Assembly (NCBI GenBank): GCA_963829055.1
Contig: CAWHHI010000020.1
Location: 96,001-160,000, forward strand
Source of the DNA: an uncultured Gemmatimonadaceae bacterium
GTDB lineage: Bacteria; Gemmatimonadota; Gemmatimonadetes; Gemmatimonadales; Gemmatimonadaceae
Direction: 5' to 3'
Length of the DNA: 64,000 nucleotides
Shown here: positions 1-9,307 of the stretch, piece after piece
Numbering within the stretch: the first letter of the stretch is position 1
Layout of the letters: each line of letters begins with the position of its first letter
The notes under the pieces: generated by a model
Told to the model about the DNA's origin: nothing
The model's database searches: none
Seen by the model: the letters and a program-made list of their open reading frames with translations, nothing else
Position numbers and translations under genes: made by a program

Positions 1-83
1 CAGCCATGCAGCTGCTCGGTGGCGATGGTGCGCATGATGAGGAGGTCGAGCGTCCCCTGGACGAGATCGGCTGGTCTGGTCAT
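1..83 (-). CDS. PadR-family transcriptional regulator, 5' part (truncated by window edge)
   Basis: Own translation MTRPADLVQGTLDLLIMRTIATEQLHG; GTLDLL..LHG signature, also present in the 59212-59544 paralogue. Confidence 0.85.
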   Translation of the reverse strand, partial: MTRPADLVQGTLDLLIMRTIATEQLHG

Positions 84-87
84 GCTG

Positions 88-132
88 TCCTAGGTTATCT
101 ACAAGAGAGCATAAATCTGGTGTTGTAGATAA
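88..132. promoter_or_regulatory. Inverted repeat, putative PadR operator
   Basis: TTATCTACAA (95-104) and TTGTAGATAA (123-132) directly upstream of the padR start. Confidence 0.55.
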
Positions 133-174
133 ACAAGGGGAGGCACTCCGACTCGAGGAGCGACCCCAACACCG

Positions 175-201
175 CCCGCCTGCTGCAGCGGCACGTTAGG
201 T
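175..201 (-). mobile_element. attC half-site (R''/L'')
   Basis: Minus strand ACCTAAC-gtgcc-GCTGCAGCAGGC; contains the TAA stop of the 196-720 gene; core complementary to the one at 1206-1212. Confidence 0.55.
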
Positions 202-720
202 GGTGTCGCGCTGCGACTCGTGACGACGAGGGCTCCGCGAGTCGTCGGCCAGATCCGCGAACGCAATGTCGCCGCGCCCATCGACCTCACACCGGTAGAT
301 CGCCACAGCAGCCGCACCGGCCCATTCTTCGCGGCTTTCGCGCAGTTCCTCCGCGTCCTGCTCCTGTCGGCCCCGCAACTCCGCCACCGAGGCCCACGGC
401 AGCTTGCGCCGGTAGTCGGCACACGCCGCGGCAAGTGGGCCGCCCATTGCCGGAGCATGAAACAGCAGGACGATGTGGCGAACAGCGTGCAGCTCGACCA
501 GGTACCGACACTCGCGCCGAAGTTGCCGTGCGCGCAGGAAGTCTCGCCCACTCGCAGCGAGCGCGCCCGCACCACCGGGCACGTAGAATCGATCATACCG
601 AGTCACCTGGAGATGGTATGCGAGGAACTCGTCGGTCGCCTCCTGAAGTCGTCCGTCGGAGCACGCGATGACCAGCGTGCTCGGACGATCTGGCGACCAT
701 TGCCCAAATGCCCGCGTCAT
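196..720 (-). CDS. Beta-carbonic-anhydrase-like protein
   Basis: IACSDGR, VPGGAGAL and H...C motifs typical of the beta-CA fold. Confidence 0.6.
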   Translation of the reverse strand: MTRAFGQWSPDRPSTLVIACSDGRLQEATDEFLAYHLQVTRYDRFYVPGGAGALAASGRDFLRARQLRRECRYLVELHAVRHIVLLFHAPAMGGPLAAACADYRRKLPWASVAELRGRQEQDAEELRESREEWAGAAAVAIYRCEVDGRGDIAFADLADDSRSPRRHESQRDTT

Positions 721-796
721 TATCGTTTCCCTCGCATGTCACCTTGGTCGCACGCCCGACGCGAAGGCGCGAACGTCCCCACCGCCCTGATTCCCT

Positions 797-1189
797 TCAC
801 TGTGGCGCAGAGAGCGCACTGATCGTGATGTAGTATCCGTCAGGATCCCGGAGTGAGAACTCCGGTGTTCGAGTGTTCGGGTTCACGTGGGGCTCCTCCT
901 CGAATCGCTCGACGAGAGCGCGTGCCCTCTTCAGTGCCATCTCGTAGTCATCGACACGGAAGAACAAGAGGAGCCCGTTGCCAGGTGAGGCCTCCTCCGC
1001 GCTCATCAAGGATGGATGCTCGTGCGCGCCCCACCGGTGCAGGCAGAGCAGGACAGTTCCATCCGTATCCAGGATCTGACCAAAGTGGTCATGGGCCGGA
1101 GGCGTCTCGGGCTGGCCGAAGAGCGACTGGTACCACTTGAAGCTGCCGGGAACGTCGCTTACGCCGATGATCGTCCACGTGCGTTTCAT
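797..1189 (-). CDS. VOC/glyoxalase family protein
   Basis: GVSDV..SFKWY..LFG and EFSLRDPDGY motifs. Confidence 0.85.
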   Translation of the reverse strand: MKRTWTIIGVSDVPGSFKWYQSLFGQPETPPAHDHFGQILDTDGTVLLCLHRWGAHEHPSLMSAEEASPGNGLLLFFRVDDYEMALKRARALVERFEEEPHVNPNTRTPEFSLRDPDGYYITISALSAPQ

Positions 1190-1205
1190 AGCGTGACCGT
1201 TGTCA

Positions 1206-1290
1206 ACCTAACGCCAAGGTTCAGCCGCAAGCGAATCCAATAAGAGCGCGTGACGGAGCCACGCGCAATCCGAAGTCCGCTCAGCTGGGA
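1206..1290 (-). mobile_element. Degenerate attC site (L'/R' half intact)
   Basis: Minus strand GCTTGCGGCTGAAC-cttggc-GTTAGGT ending 16 nt before the VOC start codon. Confidence 0.6.
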
Positions 1291-1420
1291 TGCTGATGCA
1301 GATGTTGATGCAGGTGCAACCGTCGCGCAGTACGGGGCCGGGCAGCCGAAATGGTCGGCGCTCGGCGCGAACACCGGGCGGCGCTTTCCCGATGACGACG
1401 CTGGGCACTATCTTGGAGGC

Positions 1421-1486
1421 ATGACCTACTCGATCGCGCGTACACGGACGTCCTGGTGGTGGCCCTCTCTCCGAGCGGCCCGCTAG
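1421..1486 (+). CDS. trpL: Trp-rich leader peptide [21 protein letters not shown]
   Basis: GGAGG RBS, ATG at 1421, TGG TGG TGG at 1454-1462, TAG ending 1486, directly upstream of trpS. Confidence 0.85.
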   Translation: MTYSIARTRTSWWWPSLRAAR

Positions 1487-1517
1487 CGCACGTCCATCCG
1501 CCTGCGCTCGAACTTCG

Positions 1518-1551
1518 GGGTCGCTCGCCATCGAGCGGCCCTTTTGCGTTT
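1518..1551 (+). terminator. Attenuator terminator hairpin
   Basis: GGGTCGCTCG-CCAT-CGAGCGGCCC followed by TTTTGCGTTT; the 3' arm is duplicated at 1472-1481 as an antiterminator segment. Confidence 0.8.
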
Positions 1552-1608
1552 CGCCCGGTGTCGAGCCGACCTCGCTCACGTTCCATTGGTTCCGAGGAGC
1601 TTCACACC

Positions 1609-2657
1609 ATGTCCGCCAACATGCTCGCGCACGCTCGCGCCGACGATCGCCAGAGCCAGGTCGACGCCACCGACGTCATACTCACCGGCGACCGCCCGAC
1701 TGGCCCGCTTCATCTCGGGCACTACGCCGGCTCGCTGCGCTCCCGACTCGCCCTTCAGGGCCAGTGTGCACAGACGCTGCTGATCGCCGACCTGCAGGCG
1801 CTCACCGACTCGAGCGGACGCGCCGCGCACGTGGCGGAGCACGTGCCCGAAGTCGCGCTCGATTACCTCGCCGCCGGGATAGACCCCGCGAGACCACGAT
1901 CGCGGTGCAGTCACGGCTGAGCGCCCTCGCCGAGCTGACGGTGTTGTACCTGAATCTCGTCACCGTCGCTCGGCTCGAGCGCAACCCGACGGTGAAGGCG
2001 GAGGTGGAGCTGCGCGGCTTCGAGCGCGACATCCCCGCAGGGTTCCTGTGTTATCCCGTCAGCCAGGCCGCGGATATCACCGGGTTCCGCGCGACGCTCG
2101 TCCCCGTGGGGGACGACCAGCTCCCGATGATCGAGCAGACGAACGAGATCGTGCGGCGGGTGAACCGCCTCGCGAGCGCTGCCGTGCTGCCGGAGTGTCG
2201 GGCGCTGCTCTCGAGCACCCCACGCCTTCCGGGCGTGGACGGCCGGAAGGCCAGCAAGTCGTTAGGCAACGCGATCCCGTTGAGCGCCACGGCCGACGAG
2301 ATCCGCGGACTGGTGCGCGCGATGTACACCGACCCGGGCCACGCGCGGGCGTCGGACCCGGGCCGCGTCGAGGGGAACGTCGTGTTCGCCTACCTGGACG
2401 CGTTCGACCCGGACCTGACGACGGTCAACGAGTTGAAGGAGCGCTACCGCGGTGGTGGACTCGGCGACATGGCGCTCAAGCGGCGTCTCGAGGGCGTGCT
2501 CGAGGCGCTCGTCGCGCCGATCCGCGCCCGGCGCGCCGAGCTCGCGCGCGACCGCGCGTACGTCATGGATGTCCTGCGCGCGGGCAGCGAGCGCGCCAAC
2601 GCCACGACGCAGGCTGTCCTCCGCGACGTGCGCGGGGCGTTCGCCCTCGACACGTAG
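1609..2657 (+). CDS. trpS: Tryptophan--tRNA ligase (TrpRS II type), frameshift near 1890
   Basis: [14 protein letters not shown] (HIGH), [23 protein letters not shown] (KMSKS). Confidence 0.95.
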
Positions 2658-2796
2658 CGCCCAGGTGCCGCGGAATACGTGCGCCGGGCAGCGCAACTCG
2701 GAACAGCCAACTCCCGTAGGGGCTACGAATGACGTGAGCCGTAACAGAGACACTCGGCTTCCGCCAAGGATCACACTGCGACCGTGGGAGACTCCA

Positions 2797-3096
2797 ATGC
2801 GCGTTCTCTGGATGCTGATCAAGATCATAGTCGGACTTGCGATCGCGATTCCGCTCGGAGTCCTTGCCCTCGCGCTGACGCTGGGCCTGGTAGGAACGCT
2901 GGTCGGCATCGCGATCCTCGTCCTCAAGCTCGCGTGCGTGGGACTGCTCGGGTACGGCTTGTATCGCGTCGCCCGGCTCGCCTTCGGGCCGTCGAAGACG
3001 TCGCCGCCTCCGGTACGCGAGCTGCCGCCCGTCGACAAATATTACGAAGCGGCAATGCGCGAGATCGACTCGGAGCTCGGGCCACCAGTGCGCTAA
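2797..3096 (+). CDS. Small membrane protein
   Basis: GGAG RBS, MRVLWMLIKIIVGL..., two hydrophobic helices. Confidence 0.7.
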   Translation: MRVLWMLIKIIVGLAIAIPLGVLALALTLGLVGTLVGIAILVLKLACVGLLGYGLYRVARLAFGPSKTSPPPVRELPPVDKYYEAAMREIDSELGPPVR

Positions 3097-3111
3097 CGCG
3101 GGGAGGCACGC

Positions 3112-3717
3112 GTGTTTCGCCTGTCTTCTTTGCTCACGACGTTGGTGTTTGGCGTGGCCGAAGCGAGTGTCGCGCAGAACAGCCCCGCGACCATCGCGGC
3201 CGCGGAGGCGGAAGGGGCGAGCTATCCGCGGGCGCCGATGCCGGGAACCGTCTCATGGGCGTTCAATAAGCCGTTCGGCGGGACGGCCGAGCGAAAGTGC
3301 GTTGCGGTCCGCCTGACGTGCCGACGCCGGGCGGATCATTGCGGTCTGGCGACTTCATCATCCGCTCGGGGTTGCTCCTCGGTATGGCCGCAGGCGAACG
3401 GGAACTACAAGGTCCTCTGGCTCCCGCTACACACACCGCCTGACATCCGAGCAACGTTGCTGCTTCGCGCCACGCGCATCGGGCAGCCGGCCGACTCGAT
3501 TCGAACCCGAATTCCTGCGGCAGGGACTCCCCGGAGCGCCGAGCTCGGCGGCTGGGTTCCCGAGCGGCGTCAGCTTCCCCGAGGCCGGCGAGTGGGTCGT
3601 CGTAGCAACGACAGGAAGCGATTGGGGATGTTTCCTGTTCAGGATTTCGTCGGTGTCGTTCAACGGGTCTCCCCTGGATTTCCCTGGGAGAACGCGATGG
3701 ACCAGACCGGCGCATGA
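3112..3717 (+). CDS. Hypothetical secreted protein, probably frameshifted
   Basis: Signal-peptide-like N-terminus after GGAGG; coding quality shifts between frames. Confidence 0.45.
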   Translation: MFRLSSLLTTLVFGVAEASVAQNSPATIAAAEAEGASYPRAPMPGTVSWAFNKPFGGTAERKCVAVRLTCRRRADHCGLATSSSARGCSSVWPQANGNYKVLWLPLHTPPDIRATLLLRATRIGQPADSIRTRIPAAGTPRSAELGGWVPERRQLPRGRRVGRRSNDRKRLGMFPVQDFVGVVQRVSPGFPWENAMDQTGA

Positions 3718-3789
3718 GTAGGCGTGCGGGGCACGGCCTAACGTGGGCGCTGCCGAGGACGCGTCGAAGAGGGTGTCCGTGATCCTCAC

Positions 3790-6217
3790 CTACTCGGCAC
3801 GAATGGCGACGACCGGATCGACCCGCGTCGCGCGAAACAGTGGTCCGGCGCACGCGGCCAAACACGCAAGCAGCATCGACGCCGCAGCGACGATCAACGT
3901 GATCGTGTCGAAGCTCTGGACACCATAGAACGACATCCGAATGAGCCGCGCTACACCTAACGCGCCCGCGAGACCTATCCCCGTCCCGAGCACCGCCTGA
4001 CCCAGCGCATCACGGACGAACAAACCGGCGATGTTTCGGCGCGTCGCACCGAGCGTGATCCGCACGCCGATTTCCCGTGTTCGCATGCCGAGAGTGTAGG
4101 ACATCACTCCGAACAGGCCAATTGCCGCGAGTAGCACGCCCGACACGGCGAACAGCACGAGCACGAACATCGTGAACCGCGGCTCGGCGAGCGATTGTTC
4201 GACCTCCGCATTCATGTCAGTGACGCGCCACGTCAACGGATCGGGGTGCACCGACCTGGCAAAGCGCCTGACAACGTCCACCGCATCCTTTCGGGATAAG
4301 CGCACAATGAGCGCCGTTCCGAAGTCGGTTTCGGGAAACGGCCGATACAGCGTTGGTCTCGTCGCGCGGTCGAGACGGTTGACGAGAATATCCGGAACGA
4401 TTCCGACCACCGTTTGCCATTGTTGGAGTGCCCCTTCCCGCCGGGAATTGCGAAACTGCCGCCCGACGACGTTGCCGTCGGGCCAGAGCTGCTGAGCGAG
4501 GGACCGGCTCACGATGACCTCGGCGCGCGAGGACGACCCCTCGTCGAACGTTCGTCCCGCGATGAGCGGCATTCGCAGTACCGAGAAATAGTCCGGTGCC
4601 ACGTAGTTGACGCCGGTGAAGCCCGACGGGCCTACGGCTCCGGGACGCTCGCTCGTCTCGAACGCCGAAGCGAATGATATGCCATCCGCGGTCGCTTCCC
4701 CGGCAATCGTTAGGTTCCGCGATCCCAGATGGCGCTCCGCCAGACCGCGAACCATGCTGGCGAAGGCGACTCGGCGCTCTCGGGGCTGGACCGCGTTCAG
4801 GTCGCGCTCGCGAAAGTCCACCGCGTAGAGGTCGTGCGGGTCGAATCCCAGTCGCACGCGTTCGAAGTCGAACACCGTGCGGATGAGAAGTATCGCTCCG
4901 GCGAGCAGGATCGCGGAGAGCGCGATCTGTCCAACGACCAGCGTCCCGCGCAGCCGGCGGTGACCGAGCGGGGCGCTCGACGCACCGGTTCGCAGCGCTT
5001 GTCCCAGATGCCCGTGCGCAACGTGCAATGCGCCGAGCACGCCGACTATCAGGCCCACGGCGATCGCCAGACCCGCGGCGAACGGGACTACTCCACGAGT
5101 CGTCGTTAGGTGAGACAGGGCCGGCAGGCTCGTCGGCCGCAACCACGCCAACACCTCGAGCGTTCCCCAGCCCACGAGCATGGCAAGTGCTCCCCCTGCC
5201 AGGCCGAGCAAGGCGCTCTCCGTGACCAGCTGGCGAACCAGCCGTGCGCGGTGCGCGCCAAGCGCATGACGCACGGCAAGCTCACGCTCGCGCGCCACAC
5301 CGCGTTGCAGTAACAAATGCGACACGTTGCTGCAGGCGATGAGAAGCAGGAAGATGACCGCACCCGTCAGGAGCAGCAGCGCCTGACGAAATGGAAGGTC
5401 GTCCTGGGGGCGGCTGAAGCGAATGCTCGGCTGGAGCGTCCGGTCGTCCGGATCGATGCCCCCCGCACGTTCGAGAATGGCGGTCAGCTCCTCGCTCGCC
5501 GCTTTCGGCGATGCGCCGGGCGTCAGGCGCACGGCGATTGCTCTCACACGCTTCCCGTGAATGAACGGGAGCCAGACGTCGGGTCTTTCGAATCTGAAGT
5601 CCGGAAGGACGAGTGACGCCGGCACCACGCCCACGATGGTGCTCGGGCGCGACTCCGGCTCCCCACCCAACTCCAGCCGCACGACCCTACCCAGGACGTC
5701 GGGCGATCCACCGAATTGCCGTCGCCAGAAGCCCTCGGACAGGAGGATCGCACGCGGCCCGTTAGGCGTGACCTCCTGCGATGTAAAATTGCGTCCGATC
5801 ACCGGCCGCGCCCCGGCAAAGGCGAGGAAGGCACTGTCGGCGAATACGGTCTTGATGCTGACATCCGCAGGGTCACCACGGAGATACGCGCTCGGCCCAC
5901 CGTCGTACGTTGCCGCGGCTTCGAGCGTGCGCGCGCTGTTTCGCCATTCCCGTACGACGTCGGCGGGTATCGGAAGCGAGATCGCTTCCCCTGAGAATGC
6001 TCCCTTGCAGAGCGACGGTGTAGACGCGCGACGCGTCGCGGTAGGCGAGCGGCCGGATGAGAAACGTGTCTGCGACACTGAACACGGCGGTGCTAGCCCC
6101 GACGCCCAACGCAATCGTCAGGAGCGTGACGAAGGTCCAGCCGGGAGAGCGCCGGAACTAGCGGAGTGCGAACGCCGAGTCCGTTACCACATCGCTCACG
6201 ACTTGCCACGTGCGCAT
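3790..6217 (-). CDS. Duplicated FtsX/MacB orphan ABC permease (ADOP-like); in-frame TAG at 6158 and frameshift near 6020
   Basis: LLLIACSNV..LL.R...RERELAVRHALGA, RTREIGVRITLGA, ATRVDPVVAIRAE. Confidence 0.9.
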
Positions 6218-6231
6218 GGAATGCCTGGTCG

Positions 6232-6812
6232 TTAGGCGGTGTCGGTCGCCACGTTCGGGCGCGCGACGAGCATCAGGATGGCGCCCACGACCGCCGGGAT
6301 CGCGAACAAGGATACCATCACGGCGGCCATGAACGTGTTCCTTCGCGCCGAATGCTCCGAAGTCGGCCGCAATGACGAAGTAGTACGGCACCCAGACGAC
6401 GCCGCTGACGAGCAGCACCCACGGCGCCCAGCGCGCACCGCGGCGGGCCGCGAACCAGGCAACGCCGAGAAACGCCGCCGCCATGGCCATCATCTGGGCA
6501 CACATGCCAAGCATGGTGTCGACGAGGAGTTTATCAAGCTTCGGGTTGTTCTGGTGGAGCTGCGCGTACGTGGTGCCGAGCATGTATTCCTCGGGCTGGG
6601 TCCCGAGGAGGACGGCCCCATCCCCGAGCCCACTGACTGCCCGAGCCTCGAGCGCGATCGGCACCGCGAGAGCTGAAACGACGTTCAGTGTGCCGTAACC
6701 GAGAAGCAATACGAGCCCGACGCCGGATAGACTCTTCCAGCGGACCTTCGTGCCAGGTGCGATGGCGTCCACGGGAATCTCCGCGCGATAGCGCGATGGA
6801 ATGACGAGCATG
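6232..6812 (-). CDS. Hypothetical membrane protein (frameshift near 3' end)
   Basis: Several hydrophobic segments across ORFs 6158-6847 and 6232-6462; start uncertain. Confidence 0.55.
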
Positions 6813-6825
6813 GTCAGCGCCGGTG

Positions 6826-6875
6826 CGGTGCGTGAGCCCAGCCGCAACGAATCTCGCGGCTGGGCTCACGCACCG
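6826..6875. repeat. Perfect 20-bp inverted repeat (REP-like hairpin)
   Basis: CGGTGCGTGAGCCCAGCCGC-10 nt-GCGGCTGGGCTCACGCACCG. Confidence 0.85.
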
Positions 6876-6932
6876 GGCAACCCGCGCCAACTCCGGACCG
6901 CACGGCGGGAATCACGTGCTCCGGCGGTGCTC

Positions 6933-7337
6933 TCACGCACCCTTGTTCTTGTCGTCCCAGGCCTTCGGCTCCCACAGCTCGATCTTGTTTTCGTCCGGAT
7001 CCATGATCCACGCGAACTTGCCATTCTCGTGCGACTCGGGTCCCTGGATGACTTCCACACCCCCCGCACGTAGTTGCTCGAGCAACTCGCCGAGGTTGTC
7101 GACCCGGTAGTTGATCATGAACGACGATGTACTCGGGCTGAACCACTTGCTGTCTTTCTGCGCGACATGCCACACCGTGAGGCCTTGATCCTCGGCCTTG
7201 TCGTCCGGCCATCTGAGTATGGCGCCGCCAAAGTCTTCCAGCGGCATGCCCAAGTGCTTCCGATACCACGCTGCCAATGCAGCGCTGTCGCCTTTGCTCT
7301 TGAAGAAGACGCCGCCGACTCCGGTAACCTTCGCCAT
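6933..7337 (-). CDS. VOC/glyoxalase family protein (cassette-like)
   Basis: VTGVGGVFFK, FMINYRVDNL, GKFAWIMDPDENKIELWEP; starts just after GTTAGGC and an AGGAGG RBS. Confidence 0.9.
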   Translation of the reverse strand: MAKVTGVGGVFFKSKGDSAALAAWYRKHLGMPLEDFGGAILRWPDDKAEDQGLTVWHVAQKDSKWFSPSTSSFMINYRVDNLGELLEQLRAGGVEVIQGPESHENGKFAWIMDPDENKIELWEPKAWDDKNKGA

Positions 7338-7362
7338 CGTTCACCTCCTACCCGGTTAAAAC

Positions 7363-7460
7363 GCCTAACGCCTGAAGTTGAACTATGAGCGAATCAAACA
7401 AGAGCGAGCGAAGCGAGCAACCATAGTCCGCCCGCTCGACAGTCCCAACGTACGTAGCAG
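7363..7460 (-). mobile_element. attC site with degenerate R'' end
   Basis: GCCTAAC-gcctgaa-GTTGAACTATGAGCG...CGCTCGACAGTCCCAAC-gtac; same family as 23424-23513. Confidence 0.65.
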
Positions 7461-7466
7461 CGAGGC

Positions 7467-7936
7467 TCACCAGATCCGCCACCATGGCAGGCGGCGTGCC
7501 CTAATGCCATCCTCGCACAGAGAGACCGCGCCCCGCTCGAGGCGGAGCGTCGCGACGGCACCCGTGTCGGGTCCGAAGTCGAACGTCGCCGTGAGCGGGT
7601 GATGGGCGATCGCGAGCGCGCGGAGCACGTAGCGCCCAGCGCCGAGCCCCAGCACGGCAAGCCCGGTGTCGCTCACCGCCCGGAGCAGCGCCGCCGTGTC
7701 CCCCGCGCCGCCAGTTGGTAGACGACGGGCAGCGGTGTGCCCAGGTCGTCACCCCCGCGCACGCGAAGCACGCCGGGCGTTCCCCGCTCGAATGCAGCCA
7801 GTGCCGGCTCCGCGTCCCCCGGGGCGTACGGCCCGCAGTGTCCATAGGGCTCCATCACGGTGCGGGGGTGACACCCGAAGGACGCGAAGGTCATGCAGGC
7901 GCCGAGCGCGCCGCGCCAAATCGTGCTCAGTCCCAC
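7467..7936 (-). CDS. Hypothetical lipoprotein, frameshifted
   Basis: Lipobox-like ASFGC; two ORFs (7673-7936, 7467-7676) join into one plausible protein. Confidence 0.45.
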
Positions 7937-8465
7937 GACGGCTCGAGATCTGGACCGGTACTCACTTGCAGCTCGGTCACCTGACCGGAAAGCGTTCGAA
8001 ACACAAGAACGTGTTCGAACCGCGTGACATAGACGTTAGCGCGAGACGAGTCGGTGTGTTCGCCCGACGACGAGGCGTAGTCATGCTCCGCCAGCAGAAC
8101 CAACCACACGCGATCACACTTCTCGCGATACCGGTCGAAGAGCTGCTCCTTCTTGTTGATGGCCGCCTGAATGAACGACGGCGACCACGTTGGTACCACG
8201 GCACCTTGCTTGAAATCCCAGAATCCCTCTGCCCAGTCATGGACCCGCTGGACGTCCATGCGTTCTACACCATTCGGCAGCTGGATCCCTCCGTGGCCGG
8301 AGTACTCAATGTGAACTTCTCTATCGCGAGTGGCCGCGATGATTTGTTCGACAGTAGCGGCTATGGACCGACTGGTCCGCGTTCCTCCCTCACGCGACCG
8401 TGTCGGTGGCCCGTGCCACTCGATTATGACGTGGCACGGCGACAGGTTGTCGCGCTTGTACTCCG
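7927..8465 (-). pseudogene. Hypothetical protein, disrupted 5' part
   Basis: Open frame continues upstream of ORF 7927-8259 to a stop near 8467; atypical composition. Confidence 0.4.
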
Positions 8466-8997
8466 CTCACGCGTCAGCGCCCGCGACCCAGCCGACGCCG
8501 GCCATGCCGCAAAACAGCAGTCCGAGCCACGGGCGCCGTGTGCCTCGGAGGAATGGACGGCCAAGGTGCGCCTCTCCTCAAAGCGAGCGTCAGGCGATCG
8601 CGGCTGTGACTCGGTATCGCACCGAGCGAGATACGGCGTTCGAACGCCATCGCGGTAGGCTGGCCAATCACTGCAGCTGGATGACACGCTCAAACGTGCG
8701 GGCCGTTCAGCAAGCGAGCTCCGCTCCCACGCTCGCTTGACCTTGCAGCGCACGAGGTCCGGCGCGAGTTAGTTCGTGACGCCGTCGAGTGCGATGATGA
8801 TGCGATGTACTCGACGTCAGCGGAGTTCGCTCGGTTGTGTCTAAGGCATGAGGGTACCGTCCAAAGGCCAGCTCGCCGTGAGCCAGCGCGGGAGAGGCTG
8901 CGCATGGGCGGCGCGGCTGTGAAACTCGGTGATCGTCACGGCGTGCTCGCACGTGTAGCAGATCGGCAATGTGCATGACACGAGTGGCGTGTGAGCG

Positions 8998-9216
8998 GCC
9001 TAACGCCGACTATACGACTATAGCCTGACATCAGCATGCGGCCTCGCGCCGCAAACGCGGCAGGGTGTCGCCGTCTAATTCGAAGCGGTGCGGCGAGTGA
9101 CGCACCGACAATGCAACTGCCGTACATGCAATCGCTTACAATGCCAGTCGCCAAGGCGCCGTGTTAGACGGCGAGCGGTGCCGTCTAACACAATGGCGAC
9201 AGAGCACTCGTTTCGA
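8998..9216 (-). mobile_element. attI-like module, copy 1
   Basis: GCCTAAC core plus conserved blocks TCGCCGTCTAATTC, TGCGGCGAG, hairpin GTGTTAGACGGC/GCCGTCTAACAC, AATGGCGACAGAGCAC; repeated at 24026-24243. Confidence 0.5.
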
Positions 9217-9307
9217 GGTCTCGGGCGGGCGGCGCCAGAGCCAGACGCCCGTCCCCGCCGGCTCTGAACACGCGCGCCCGTGCCTAACGCGTCCGCCCCA
9301 CCCGCCA

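Noticed and set aside
1290..1610. T-box riboswitch upstream of trpS
   Set aside because: No T-box consensus recognised; the leader-peptide attenuator explains the region
1880..1900. Programmed frameshift in trpS (and in hicA, MMPL, BtaA-like, VHPO)
   Set aside because: No slippery heptamer with stimulatory structure seen; indels are widespread across unrelated genes, consistent with assembly error
6158..6160. In-frame TAG in the permease as pyrrolysine or readthrough
   Set aside because: No pyl genes in the window and the same gene also has a frameshift; a nonsense change or sequencing error is simpler
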